Of a stretch of 64,000 nt of DNA, positions 16,823 to 25,575 are shown in pieces. The notes beneath the pieces were generated by a model, which was not told where the DNA came from, made no database searches, and worked only from the letters and a program-made list of their open reading frames with translations. Numbering within the stretch: position 1 is the stretch's first letter; each line of letters opens with the position of its first letter. This DNA is from an uncultured Actinomycetes bacterium (GTDB lineage: Bacteria; Actinomycetota; Thermoleophilia; Gaiellales; Gaiellaceae): positions 78,290 to 142,289 of the forward strand of contig CAVSAK010000009.1 of NCBI GenBank assembly GCA_963725965.1, given 5' to 3'. A program made the position numbers and the translations under genes.

Positions 16823-16908
16823 TGCCGAAGGTGGGGGTCGAACCCACACGGCCCGTTAAGGCCACCGGATTTTGAGTCCGGCGCGTCTGCCAGTTCCGCC
16901 ACTTCGGC
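16823..16908 (-). tRNA. tRNA-Leu (anticodon CAA), no encoded CCA
   Basis: Reverse complement: GCCGAAGTGGCGGAACTGGCAGACGCGCCGGACTCAAAATCCGGTGGCCTTAACGGGCCGTGTGGGTTCGACCCCCACCTTCGGCA. It has a 7-bp acceptor stem, anticodon stem CCGGA/TCCGG with loop CTCAAAA, a long variable arm, and T-loop GGTTCGA. Confidence 0.9.
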
Positions 16909-16961
16909 GTGCGACGTCATGGTACGCGGGAATCCGGCGAGCAACTTCGCTGCATTGTGGT

Positions 16962-17003
16962 GCAACAAAAATTGTTGCGCAACAGAAGGCGTTGCGCTAA
17001 GCT
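16962..17003 (+). promoter_or_regulatory. Candidate operator/promoter of the RES-Xre module
   Basis: AT-rich patch with overlapping palindromes GCAACAAAAATTGTTGC (16962-16978) and TGTTGCGCAACA (16973-16984). Promoter-like boxes are TTGCGC (16975-16980), a 17-nt spacer, then TAAGCT (16998-17003). The ATG at 17011 is only 7 nt after the -10-like box. Confidence 0.45.
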
Positions 17004-17010
17004 GCGAGGC

Positions 17011-17343
17011 ATGGCTGTCGCCATCGCAACGAAGGTGGACGCCCTGCGCGCCGACTTCGGCTCGGCCGCGCGGCTCGCCGACATGCTCGGCGTCAGCCGC
17101 GCCCAGGTGACGCGCTGGCTCCGCGGCTCCGGGATCGACCCCTTGAACGCCGAGAAGGTCGACCTGCTCGAGCTCGTGTGGGCAAACCTCCTCCGTCTCT
17201 ACGAGCCCGAGGCGGCTCTGGCGTGGCTGTTCGGCCTCAATCCGTATCTGGGCGACCGGAGGCCGATCGACCTCGTCCGCGCCGGCCGTACCGAGGAGTT
17301 GATGCGCGCCATCCGGGCCGAGCGCTCGGACACCTTCGCGTGA
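17011..17343 (+). CDS. Xre/MbcA/ParS-type antitoxin (HTH plus DUF2384-like toxin-binding domain)
   Basis: HTH-like LADMLGVSRAQVTRWLRG. The C-terminal AALAWLFGLNPYLGDRRPIDLVRAGRTEELMRAIRAE is typical of DUF2384 antitoxins. The track start at 16909 abuts the tRNA 5' end at 16908, so the internal ATG 17011 is preferred. Confidence 0.8.
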   Translation: MAVAIATKVDALRADFGSAARLADMLGVSRAQVTRWLRGSGIDPLNAEKVDLLELVWANLLRLYEPEAALAWLFGLNPYLGDRRPIDLVRAGRTEELMRAIRAERSDTFA

Positions 17344-17894
17344 TCCTGTACCGCTGCTTCGCCTGGAACTCGCGCGTCCGCCCCGATCGCCCCGACGGCG
17401 CCCTCTGGTTCCCGCGTCCATACCAGGGCGACGGACGCCACGACAACGCCGACCTCTACGGCTGCCTTTATCTGTCCGAGCGACCGCTCTCGTGCGTCGT
17501 GGAGCAACTCGCGCGGTTCCGGGGGCAGCGGCTGCTGCCGGCGCTGCTCGTGCGGCGGGCCCTCCCGCTTGCGCTCGCCGAGCTCGAGCTGCCCGGCAAG
17601 ACGCAGCTTGTCGACCTCGACGACCCGGTGGTGCTCCAGCGCGAGCAGCTTCGGCCGTCCGTCGTCGCGACGCGGGCGCGCGAGGTGACACAGCTGCAGG
17701 CACGCGCGCTCTACGAGCGGCATTCCGACGCTGCAGGAGTGCGCTGGTGGTCGACGTTCGAGGCGCAGTGGCTGAACGTGACGCTGTTCGATCGGGCGGA
17801 ATCCGCGCTGCGGCTCGTCTCGGTGAGGGCGCTCGACGTCGCCGACGACGAGATCGCCGCGGCGGCGGACTTCCTCGGCCTACGCGTCCCCTGA
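17340..17894 (+). CDS. RES-domain toxin (NAD+-targeting family)
   Basis: GTGA overlap with the antitoxin stop. LYRCF...GRHDN...LYGCLYLSERPLSCVVE...VRWWSTFEAQWLNVTLF gives an R...E...S pattern consistent with the RES domain. Confidence 0.78.
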   Translation: MILYRCFAWNSRVRPDRPDGALWFPRPYQGDGRHDNADLYGCLYLSERPLSCVVEQLARFRGQRLLPALLVRRALPLALAELELPGKTQLVDLDDPVVLQREQLRPSVVATRAREVTQLQARALYERHSDAAGVRWWSTFEAQWLNVTLFDRAESALRLVSVRALDVADDEIAAAADFLGLRVP

Positions 17895-19412
17895 CCCCAC
17901 CCGGATCGGGAAGTAGGGCGGGGCCAGGAGAAAGCCGACCCGCGCGTCGGGGCCGCGATGGCCGCGGGCCATCTGGAGCGCGGCGCCAATCCCGCCGATC
18001 GGGACGAAGCCGAGCTGCCGCACCGCGGCGGCGTCCCGCGCGCCCGCGACGTAGACCGCACCGAGCCGGTCGAGCGCAGGCCGACAGGCCTCCCAGTCGC
18101 GGAACGGCAGCAACGGGTGGACGGTGCGGCCGGCGCGGTACTCCTCTGCGGCGCGCGCGTCCGCAGCAACGGCCTCCTCCGCGGCGGCGAGGAGGTCGGG
18201 GTCGCGGGCGATCGGGTCGGAGCGGAAGAAGACGCGGTACGGCTGCTGCGTCGGAGCGGCGAAGGTGCGCCGGAAGCGGTGGACGAGGATGACGATGCCG
18301 CCGTCGCGAACGGGGAAGGCATCTCGCCACAGCCCGAGTGCGTGCGCGAGGCCGAGGTGGGCCGCGAGCAGCGGGTTCGGCTTCTCGCGCGGTAGGAACG
18401 GCGTCGTCCCCGGGATCCCGATCACGAGGGCGTCGAGCGGCTCGTCGAGCGTCGCTCGGCGCAGCTCGATCGCGCGGAGCAGGGCTTCGGCGTGTGCGAC
18501 CGACGGCGGGCCGGCGAGCACTGCCGCCGTCGTCCTGGTTCCGCGCAGCGTGCGGAGGACACGGCGCCGGACGGATTCCGGCGCGGCCGAGAACGCGAAT
18601 CGGAGCGGTGAGCCGGCGATTCGCTCGGCCGCCTCCGGCTCGTAGGGATAGCCGCGCAGCGCGCCCGTGAACTGCGGGTGGTTGAGGACGAGCGAGACGC
18701 CGAAGATTGGGACGCGGCCGCTCACCGCCCGCTCGACGAGCGTCGCGAGCCGCCAGCCTTCCGAGCCCCCGGTTTCGAGCAACGAATCGGCGGTCGCACG
18801 CCTCTGCGTCTCGGCGTCGGCGGCGGCGAGCAGCACCGCGGGGCCGCCGTGCAGGACGCTCTCCGCGGCGCTCACCACGACGACGAGGTCCGTCTCGACG
18901 AGCTCACGGGCGACGCGGACCCGAGGCGCGTCTGCGGGAAGCCCGGTGAGGGCGGGGTCGGCGGCGTCGTGCACCGCCACGTGGCCATGGAAGCGGCGTC
19001 GGAGCTCCGGGGTGACGAGTGCCGCAATCTCCGGAACGCTCGAGCGGCGGGCGAGGCCTCCTGCGACGAGCAGGGTCTGGTTGCCGGTCGGGATCCCGAG
19101 CTCCTCGAGCGCCTCGACCACCGCCGCGATCGCCAGCGCTCGCTGGTTGCCCTGTACGCTCGCGACCGGCACCGCGGGCGGCTCCAGCACGATCGTCGCC
19201 CGCGCTGCGCCCGCCGCGACCGTCTCCAGCGGCGGCCCGTCGAGCGGGAAGCGCACCGCCTCGCGGGTTGCGGCGTGGACGTCCGTCGCCCGGCCCGGGG
19301 CCGGCGGCCGCAACACGCGAGCGTCGGCGGGTGCCGACGCGACGACGATGCGGCTGCCGGACAGGAGCGGGACGCGCGGCATCGGCGGATTCAAGCATTG
19401 GTCGGAATACAC
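17880..19412 (-). CDS. LarA N-terminal-like (DUF2088) domain protein, function unknown
   Basis: 510-aa ORF with normal composition. The segment ATIVLEPPAVPVASV...ALEELGIP..NQTLLVAGGLARR follows the DUF2088/LarA pattern (xIVxxDxTRP...LVAxGxHR), but the signature residues are replaced. Alternative ATG start at 19382. Confidence 0.5.
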   Translation of the reverse strand: MYSDQCLNPPMPRVPLLSGSRIVVASAPADARVLRPPAPGRATDVHAATREAVRFPLDGPPLETVAAGAARATIVLEPPAVPVASVQGNQRALAIAAVVEALEELGIPTGNQTLLVAGGLARRSSVPEIAALVTPELRRRFHGHVAVHDAADPALTGLPADAPRVRVARELVETDLVVVVSAAESVLHGGPAVLLAAADAETQRRATADSLLETGGSEGWRLATLVERAVSGRVPIFGVSLVLNHPQFTGALRGYPYEPEAAERIAGSPLRFAFSAAPESVRRRVLRTLRGTRTTAAVLAGPPSVAHAEALLRAIELRRATLDEPLDALVIGIPGTTPFLPREKPNPLLAAHLGLAHALGLWRDAFPVRDGGIVILVHRFRRTFAAPTQQPYRVFFRSDPIARDPDLLAAAEEAVAADARAAEEYRAGRTVHPLLPFRDWEACRPALDRLGAVYVAGARDAAAVRQLGFVPIGGIGAALQMARGHRGPDARVGFLLAPPYFPIRVGSGDA

Positions 19413-19420
19413 TCGGACGG

Positions 19421-21982
19421 ATGTCGCCGAAGACCCTTACCGGAGCCGAGCTCGACCTGAACGACGCGCCCGCGCGCGACGCCGAACTCTTCCTCGTCGA
19501 CGGCAACAACCTCGCCTACCGCGCCTTCTTCGCCCTGCCGGAGGAGCTTGCCACGAGCGAGGGCTTCCCCACCAACGCGCTGCTCGGCTTCACGAACATG
19601 CTCTTCAAGCTCCTCTCGGACTACCGGCCGAAGGGCGTCGCGGTCGCCTGGGACACGCGGCCGGTGCACCGTCACGCGCAGGCCGAGGCGGTCGAGGTCG
19701 TCTACAAGGAGGGCCGGCGGCCGATGCCGGATCTGCTGGCCGAGCAGTTCCCGTACCTACGGCCGATCGTCGCGGCCTTCGGCTACCGGAACCTCGAGTT
19801 CGAGGGCTGGGAGGCCGACGACGTGATCGCCACGCTCGCGACGCGGGCCGACGAGGAGGGGATCAAGACGTGCGTCGTCTCGACCGACCGCGACGCGTTC
19901 CAGCTCGTCTCCGAGAACGTCTGCCTGATGATGACGCCGCGGGGCGTGAGCGACGTCAACGTCTACACGCCCGAACGCGTCGAGGCGCGCTACGGGATCC
20001 GGCCCGACCAGATCCCCGACTTCATCGGCCTCAAGGGTGACTCGTCCGACAACATTCCGGGCGTCCCCGGCATCGGGGACAAGACCGCCGGTCAGCTGGT
20101 CGCGCAGTACGGGTCGCTCGAGGGAGTGCTCGAGCACGTCGAGGAGCTGTCGCCGGCGCGCCGGAGGAACCTGACGGAGTTCGCCGAGCAGGCGCGGGCG
20201 GCGAAGGTGCTGGCGACGATGCGCCGGGATCTCGACATCGACGCCGACCCGGCCGAGCTCGTGCTCGCACCGCCCGATCGCGCGCAGCTGCGGGAGACGT
20301 TCCGCCAGTTCGAATTCCGGGCGCTGCTCGGGCGGGTCGACGAGCTCGACGAGGCGGTGCCGGCACGCGAGCGGATCTCGGCGGGGACGGCGGTCGTGTG
20401 GCGCGAGGGCGCGCCGCCACGAACCGAGGATCTCGTGGGTGTCGCCGGCGACACGGACCGTCTCGCGTTCGCTCTTGCCGACGAGGTGATCGTCGCGCCG
20501 CGCGCGGAGCGGCCCGAGGGGACGTTCGTCGCGCACGACGCCAAGTCGCTGCGGGTCGAGGCCGCCGACGACACGATGATCCTCGCCTACCTCATCGATC
20601 CGGCACGGAGCGAGTACCTGCTCGACGACCTCGCGGCCGAGTACGCGGTCGAAGCGGTCGCCGAGCCGGAGGCCGAGGAGGAGACGGCCCGCCTCGTCCG
20701 CCACGCCGCGGTCACGCTGCGCCTGCGCGAGCCGCTGCTCGAGCGCGTCCGCGAGCGCGGCGCCGAGCCGCTCTACCGCGACGTCGAGATGCCGCTCGTA
20801 GGCGTCCTTCGCCGGATGGAGGAGGCCGGAGTCCGGATCGACACGTACCGGATGGGCGAGATCACCGCGCGCCTTGCCGACCGCGTCGAGGAGCTCGAGT
20901 CGCAGGCGTACGAGCTCGCGGACGAGGAGTTCGTGCTCGGCTCGCCGCAGCAGCTCGGTCGGATCCTGTTCGAGAAGCTTGAGCTGACGCCGGGCCGCAA
21001 GGGCAAGACCGGCTACTCGACCGACACGAAGGTGCTCCGCTCGATCCGCGCCGAGCACGAGATCGTGGCCGTGATCGAGGAGTGGCGCGAACTATCGAAG
21101 CTCCTCAACACGTATCTCGTGCCGCTGCCGTCGCTCATCGGCGACGACGGGCGCCTGCACACCACCTTCAACCAGACCGTCGCGGCGACCGGCCGCCTCT
21201 CGACGACGAGCCCGAACCTCCAGTCGATCCCGATCCGCACGGAGCTCGGGCGCGAGATCCGCTCAGCGTTCGTCGCCGAGCAGGGCGCGCGGCTCATCTC
21301 GGCCGACTACTCGCAGATCGAGCTGCGCATCCTCGCGCACGTCTCCGGCGAGCCGAAGCTGCGCGAGGCGTTCGAGCGCGGGGAGGACATCCACACCGCG
21401 ACAGCCGCCGAGGTGCTCGGCGTCGAACCGGCCAAGCTGACGCCCGCGGAGCGGTCGATCGCGAAGATGATCAACTTCGGGATCGTCTACGGGATCTCGG
21501 CGTTCGGTCTCTCGGAGAATCTCGAGATTCCGCGCGAGCAGGCGCAGGAGTACATCGATGCGTACCTCGCGCGGTTCCCGCTCGTGCAGGACTTCATCTC
21601 GCGCACGATCGAGCAGGCGGAGCGCGACGGCTACGTGACGAGTCTGCTCGGGCGGCGTCGCCCGGTGCCGGAGCTGCGCGTGCGGAACCGCGCAACGCGG
21701 GGCTTCGGGGAGCGCGTGGCCGTCAACTTCGTGATGCAGGGCTCTAACGCCGACATCATCAAGGTGGCGATGGTCGCGATCGAGCGTCGGCTGCGCGCGG
21801 AGGGGAGGAGTGCGCGGCTCGTCCTCCAGGTGCACGACGAGCTGCTCCTCGAGGCGCCGGACGCGGAGACCTCGGTGGTGAAGGAGCTCGTCCGGGAAGA
21901 GATGTGCAACGCCTATCCGCTCGACCCGCCGCTCGCGGTCGACGTGGGCGCGGGCGACTCGTGGGCGGACGCAAAGAGCTAG
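19421..21982 (+). CDS. polA: DNA polymerase I
   Basis: 5'-nuclease domain (LFLVDGNNLAYRAFFAL, GLKGDSSDNIPGVPGIGDKTA) and polymerase motifs (DYSQIELRILAH, RSIAKMINFGIVYG, QVHDELLLE). Confidence 0.97.
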   Translation: MSPKTLTGAELDLNDAPARDAELFLVDGNNLAYRAFFALPEELATSEGFPTNALLGFTNMLFKLLSDYRPKGVAVAWDTRPVHRHAQAEAVEVVYKEGRRPMPDLLAEQFPYLRPIVAAFGYRNLEFEGWEADDVIATLATRADEEGIKTCVVSTDRDAFQLVSENVCLMMTPRGVSDVNVYTPERVEARYGIRPDQIPDFIGLKGDSSDNIPGVPGIGDKTAGQLVAQYGSLEGVLEHVEELSPARRRNLTEFAEQARAAKVLATMRRDLDIDADPAELVLAPPDRAQLRETFRQFEFRALLGRVDELDEAVPARERISAGTAVVWREGAPPRTEDLVGVAGDTDRLAFALADEVIVAPRAERPEGTFVAHDAKSLRVEAADDTMILAYLIDPARSEYLLDDLAAEYAVEAVAEPEAEEETARLVRHAAVTLRLREPLLERVRERGAEPLYRDVEMPLVGVLRRMEEAGVRIDTYRMGEITARLADRVEELESQAYELADEEFVLGSPQQLGRILFEKLELTPGRKGKTGYSTDTKVLRSIRAEHEIVAVIEEWRELSKLLNTYLVPLPSLIGDDGRLHTTFNQTVAATGRLSTTSPNLQSIPIRTELGREIRSAFVAEQGARLISADYSQIELRILAHVSGEPKLREAFERGEDIHTATAAEVLGVEPAKLTPAERSIAKMINFGIVYGISAFGLSENLEIPREQAQEYIDAYLARFPLVQDFISRTIEQAERDGYVTSLLGRRRPVPELRVRNRATRGFGERVAVNFVMQGSNADIIKVAMVAIERRLRAEGRSARLVLQVHDELLLEAPDAETSVVKELVREEMCNAYPLDPPLAVDVGAGDSWADAKS

Positions 21983-22080
21983 TCGGCGAGACCTCAGGCG
22001 TAAGAACACTCGCTCAGGCCACTCTCCCGTCACCTGACCGGCGAACTGCGCCAGCGCGGGTGCCGGGCGATCAGGAGACC

Positions 22081-22470
22081 TCATGTTGCTGAGCGCGTGA
22101 AGCCGCCGAGATGGAGCGGCTTGAGCGTCAGCGACACGCCCGCACCGGCCTGGCGAGCCAGCACGTCGAGGACGGCGTCGCCGGGCGCACCGAACACCTG
22201 GATGCTCGTCGTCTCGGCGACCGTCTCCGCATACGCCGCGGCAGCGCGCTCGGCAACGACCTCCAGGTGAGACTCCATCGAGTCGGCGTCGGGGTGGATC
22301 TGGACGACCGCGACCTCCGTGCCGTCGTCGTTGGCGTACTCGTTGAACGCGATCACGCGCGGCTCGTTCTCTTCGACGAAGTCGACGAGGCCAGGCACCC
22401 GCTTTCTCTCGTCGGCGAGCTTTCCCGGCTTGAGTCGATTTGTGGCGATGAAGATGAATGGGCCTGACAA
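22081..22470 (-). CDS. Hypothetical protein (possible ferredoxin-fold/ABM-like)
   Basis: 129-aa ORF with ordinary composition, 10 nt downstream of the S51 peptidase gene on the same strand. No firm motif. Confidence 0.45.
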   Translation of the reverse strand: MSGPFIFIATNRLKPGKLADERKRVPGLVDFVEENEPRVIAFNEYANDDGTEVAVVQIHPDADSMESHLEVVAERAAAAYAETVAETTSIQVFGAPGDAVLDVLARQAGAGVSLTLKPLHLGGFTRSAT

Positions 22471-22480
22471 AACGCCTCCT

Positions 22481-23155
22481 TTACGCGTTGAGCAGCATCC
22501 AGCGTCCCTCGGAGACGACTTCGACGCTGCCGTCGACCACCTTGATCGCGGTCTCGTCGTCGATCACGTAGGCCGGCACGGATAGTCCGGCGGCCCATGC
22601 TTCGATCTCTTCCTGACTTGCAGGCGGAAGGCCGTCCTCGCGATCGAGGTGTGGGAACACCGAAAAATCGACGAGCCCCAACGCCTCGTCGCTGCCGGTG
22701 ACCGGCTCGAAGCCGTCGTATGCGACGCCGCCGAAGTCGGGGGTCGCGACCATCGCTCCGCCGCTCGTCCCGACGTAGACCATCTCGGGCCGCAGTGAGG
22801 GCAGGAGGTCCGCGAGCCCGGACTGCCGCATCCAGTAGCAGAGATACAACGGACTCCCGCCCCAGACGAGCAGGGCATCTGTCTCCTGGACGGCAGGCTT
22901 CCAGTACTCCTCCTTGATGCTGGGCAGTGCTGTCAGCTCCAGCACTCCCAGCGACTTCCAACCCAGGCCGCACATCGGGCCGAAGTTGGTCGCGGTTATG
23001 AACTGGTAGACGTGCGACGGCCCGCCGGGGAACGGCTGCACCCCGGTGGGAATGCACAGCGCGTCGGACTCGGCGATCGGCTTGCCCAGCAACTCGACCA
23101 GCGCGTCCTCGATGCTCGTGTTGGTGATGCCGCTCGAAGTGAGAAGAAGCTTCAC
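22481..23155 (-). CDS. Peptidase S51 / type 1 glutamine amidotransferase-like protein (PepE-like)
   Basis: MKLLLTSSG..., ALLVWGGSPLYL, and VGTSGGAMV (nucleophile Ser context GTSxGA). Confidence 0.78.
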   Translation of the reverse strand: MKLLLTSSGITNTSIEDALVELLGKPIAESDALCIPTGVQPFPGGPSHVYQFITATNFGPMCGLGWKSLGVLELTALPSIKEEYWKPAVQETDALLVWGGSPLYLCYWMRQSGLADLLPSLRPEMVYVGTSGGAMVATPDFGGVAYDGFEPVTGSDEALGLVDFSVFPHLDREDGLPPASQEEIEAWAAGLSVPAYVIDDETAIKVVDGSVEVVSEGRWMLLNA

Positions 23156-23208
23156 GTGTCCTCCTGGAGTCGTCTACTGCGACAGAGACTCAGCAGACCA
23201 CCGAAAAC

Positions 23209-23892
23209 TCATCGGCGCTGGAGATCGTGTTCTAGCCCGCGCTCGAGCTTGCGGAGCTCGCGGCGCAGCGGCATCTTCGAAGCCTTGTCGGTACGCAGAG
23301 TGTCCAGGGCGCAGGCGAGGAAGCATGCCGCCCCGAGTGAGGTGTTCCAGTTCGCGGCGGCCAGGTCGACCATCGAGCCGGTGGAGGGAACGACGTAGCC
23401 GGCGACGGCCGAGATCCCGAAGAAGATGCAACCGAGCAGGTTGACGCCCGGCTGCCACCAACCCTCGCCGCCTCGGTGCGGCAGCCAGCCGCGCCAGCCG
23501 CCGCGCGGCGAGGCGATGTACGCGATCGCACCCGAGACGAGGAAGCAGATCGAGCCGCGCCAGTCCGGCCGCCAGACGAGCCTGTTGTACTCGGGACTCG
23601 TCAGGGCGACATGCATCGCGTGGTAGGTGGTGACGTTGAAGAAAAGCGTGCCGGCCGATTGGACGATCGCGGACCACCAGGCCGCACGACCGCCACTACC
23701 GCGGGCTCGCCATTCGCCCCAGGCGAGCCCGCTCTGAAGCGCTCCACCACCCGTGAAGAGGATCGAGCCGACGAAGAAGGTGATCGCATCGGCAGAGTCG
23801 CCGACGAGCTGGACGTAGCCGGGAAACGGGCCGACGAGGAAACAGGTCGAGCCGAGCGCGAAGAGCAGTGCCATCCAGCGACTGCGAGTCAT
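23209..23892 (-). CDS. Polytopic membrane protein (YrhK-like)
   Basis: Six or so hydrophobic segments with two similar halves (GSTCFLVGPFPGY... / GSICFLVSGAIAY...). Confidence 0.55.
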   Translation of the reverse strand: MTRSRWMALLFALGSTCFLVGPFPGYVQLVGDSADAITFFVGSILFTGGGALQSGLAWGEWRARGSGGRAAWWSAIVQSAGTLFFNVTTYHAMHVALTSPEYNRLVWRPDWRGSICFLVSGAIAYIASPRGGWRGWLPHRGGEGWWQPGVNLLGCIFFGISAVAGYVVPSTGSMVDLAAANWNTSLGAACFLACALDTLRTDKASKMPLRRELRKLERGLEHDLQRR

Positions 23893-23935
23893 CGGGCGGA
23901 TCCTCCCGCACCCGCGGCGTCCTGGAGAACGTTCC

Positions 23936-23984
23936 TTGACTTTCCTGATAGGAAAGTCTATCGTCTACTTTCCAAGTAGGAAAG
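23936..23984 (+). promoter_or_regulatory. Promoter with twin palindromic operators
   Basis: TTGACT (23936-23941), a 17-nt spacer, then TATCGT (23959-23964). The inverted repeats are CTTTCCTGATAGGAAAG (23940-23956) and CTTTCCAAGTAGGAAAG (23968-23984), with centres 28 bp apart. Confidence 0.55.
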
Positions 23985-23999
23985 CGAAGGGGGATCGAG

Positions 24000-24482
24000 A
24001 TGAACTATCCAACCGAGGCCGAGGCGCGTCTGGCGCTCGAGTCGGTTCGCAGCGGGCGGCAGCAGGTGATCGACGAGATCGGGATGCCCTGGTGGTACTG
24101 GTGGGGCCTCGCCGCTTGCTGGGTCGTCCTCGGGTTGCTGGCCAACTTCCACGCGCCGTGGTGGGTAATCAGCGTGGCGACGGTCCTCGTCGGCGCGGGG
24201 CACGCGACCGTGTCGCATCGAGTGCTGGCCGGTCGCCAGCGAACCCGCGGCGTGAGGGTCAGCGGCGACGTCGCAGGAGAGCGCGGAATGGCGCTCGTGA
24301 TCGGCTTTCTCCTCGCCCTCGTAGGCGTGACGATCGCCGTAGCCGTCGGCTTGTCGGCCGACGGCGCCGGTCACCCGTCCATCTGGGCGAGCGGCTTCGC
24401 GGCGGTTCTGGTCGTACTCGGCGGCCCGCGCGTGACGAACGCGGTCCGCCACGACGCCATTCGTCGCGCCGTCGTCGAATGA
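24000..24482 (+). CDS. Small membrane protein (4 predicted TM segments)
   Basis: 160-aa ORF with GGGGGA upstream of the ATG. Hydrophobic stretches include WWYWWGLAACWVVLGLL and ALVIGFLLALVGVTIAVAVGL. Translationally coupled to the regulator gene that follows. Confidence 0.6.
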   Translation: MNYPTEAEARLALESVRSGRQQVIDEIGMPWWYWWGLAACWVVLGLLANFHAPWWVISVATVLVGAGHATVSHRVLAGRQRTRGVRVSGDVAGERGMALVIGFLLALVGVTIAVAVGLSADGAGHPSIWASGFAAVLVVLGGPRVTNAVRHDAIRRAVVE

Positions 24483-24790
24483 GCAACGGCGCCAGGTTCG
24501 ACGAGCTGATCCACCCGGCGACGAGGCTGTCTGTCGTGGCGCTCCTCGCCGCGGCCGAGTGGGCCGACTTCGCGTTCATCCGCGATCGGCTCGGACTCTC
24601 GGACTCGGCGCTGTCCAAGCAGCTCGCGACGCTCGAGGAGGCCGGTTACGTCGCGATCGAAAGGCCGGTGAGCGAGCGGCGACGCCGCGTCCGGGCGCGA
24701 CTCACGCCCCTGGGGCGGGAGCGGTTCGCCGCCCACGTGGCCGCGTTGCAGGGCATCATCGCCGTCGGCGACGCAGCGCCCTACGAGTAA
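24479..24790 (+). CDS. Winged-helix transcriptional regulator (ArsR/MarR-like small wHTH)
   Basis: ATGA overlap. The sequence reads LIHPATRLSVVALLAAAEWADFAFIRDRLGLSDSALSKQLATLEEAGYVAIER. Confidence 0.75.
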   Translation: MSNGARFDELIHPATRLSVVALLAAAEWADFAFIRDRLGLSDSALSKQLATLEEAGYVAIERPVSERRRRVRARLTPLGRERFAAHVAALQGIIAVGDAAPYE

Positions 24791-25575
24791 CCGAGCTCGG
24801 CGAGCAGCGGGCCCGCCTCCGCCTCGACGTCGGCGATCTGCTCCGGCGTCAGCTCCCGGTGCCAGCGTCCGATCGAGGAGTCGCGGAAACGGTCGAGCGC
24901 TCGATGCGTCGAGGTCACGTTCGAGCCGAGAAACTCCACGAGCCGGTCCGCCACGCTCGCGAGCCCCTCGTAGCGAATCTCGAGCAGGCGATCGCCGGCG
25001 TCCGCGGCTCGCACCGCCTCGACGTAGCGCCGCCACGCCCACGCGCACCGGCGGGCGTTGCTCACCTCCGAGAACTCGTCGCGGCGCTCGGGCTCGACCC
25101 AGAAGCGAGGCTCGGACCCGTACGGGAGTCGCGCGTCGTCCTGCCCGGCGTGATCCGCGTTCAGCCAGCCGCGTTCGAGGAGTGAGCAGACGACGTCGCG
25201 GCCGTCCCGCAGCACGTGCACCGCGAGCGCCTCGGGATACGCCTCGAGGGCCGCGTCGAGGACGTGCGCCGTCTCGGGAGTCTGCTCCACGCCGCGGAGT
25301 CCCCAGGCCAGACCGAGACGCCGGATGCGCTCGAGGATCCTCCGGAGGTCTTCCGCTGAGGGGTCAAGCGGCAGCGCCGCCTTCCACGGCGTGACCTCAC
25401 CGAAGTCGACGAAGCCCGGCAGGCCGCCGATCGCGCGGCCGACGAACGTCGTCCCCGAGCGCGGGCAGCCGACGACGAAGACGAGGCGCTCCTCGCGTCC
25501 GAGCCTCGGCCGCTGCACCAGTGCGCGCTCCGCCACCCGAGCGCCTGCGGTGGCGTAGTCGAGCAACGCGCTCAC
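24781..25575 (-). CDS. Sulfotransferase family protein
   Basis: 5'-PSB-like P-loop FVVGCPRSGTTFVGR, and later VLRDGRDVVCS. GTG 25575 is chosen as the start because it occupies the start-codon position of the 70-nt element; the track start TTG 25596 lies inside the repeat. Confidence 0.75.
   Translation of the reverse strand: MSALLDYATAGARVAERALVQRPRLGREERLVFVVGCPRSGTTFVGRAIGGLPGFVDFGEVTPWKAALPLDPSAEDLRRILERIRRLGLAWGLRGVEQTPETAHVLDAALEAYPEALAVHVLRDGRDVVCSLLERGWLNADHAGQDDARLPYGSEPRFWVEPERRDEFSEVSNARRCAWAWRRYVEAVRAADAGDRLLEIRYEGLASVADRLVEFLGSNVTSTHRALDRFRDSSIGRWHRELTPEQIADVEAEAGPLLAELGYS

Noticed and set aside
16823-19412. A tRNA-associated genomic island or integrative element carrying the TA pair.
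   Set aside because: There is no integrase or recombinase, and no repeat of the tRNA 3' end was seen. The TA genes lie on the 5' side of the tRNA rather than at its 3' end, where integrative elements normally insert.
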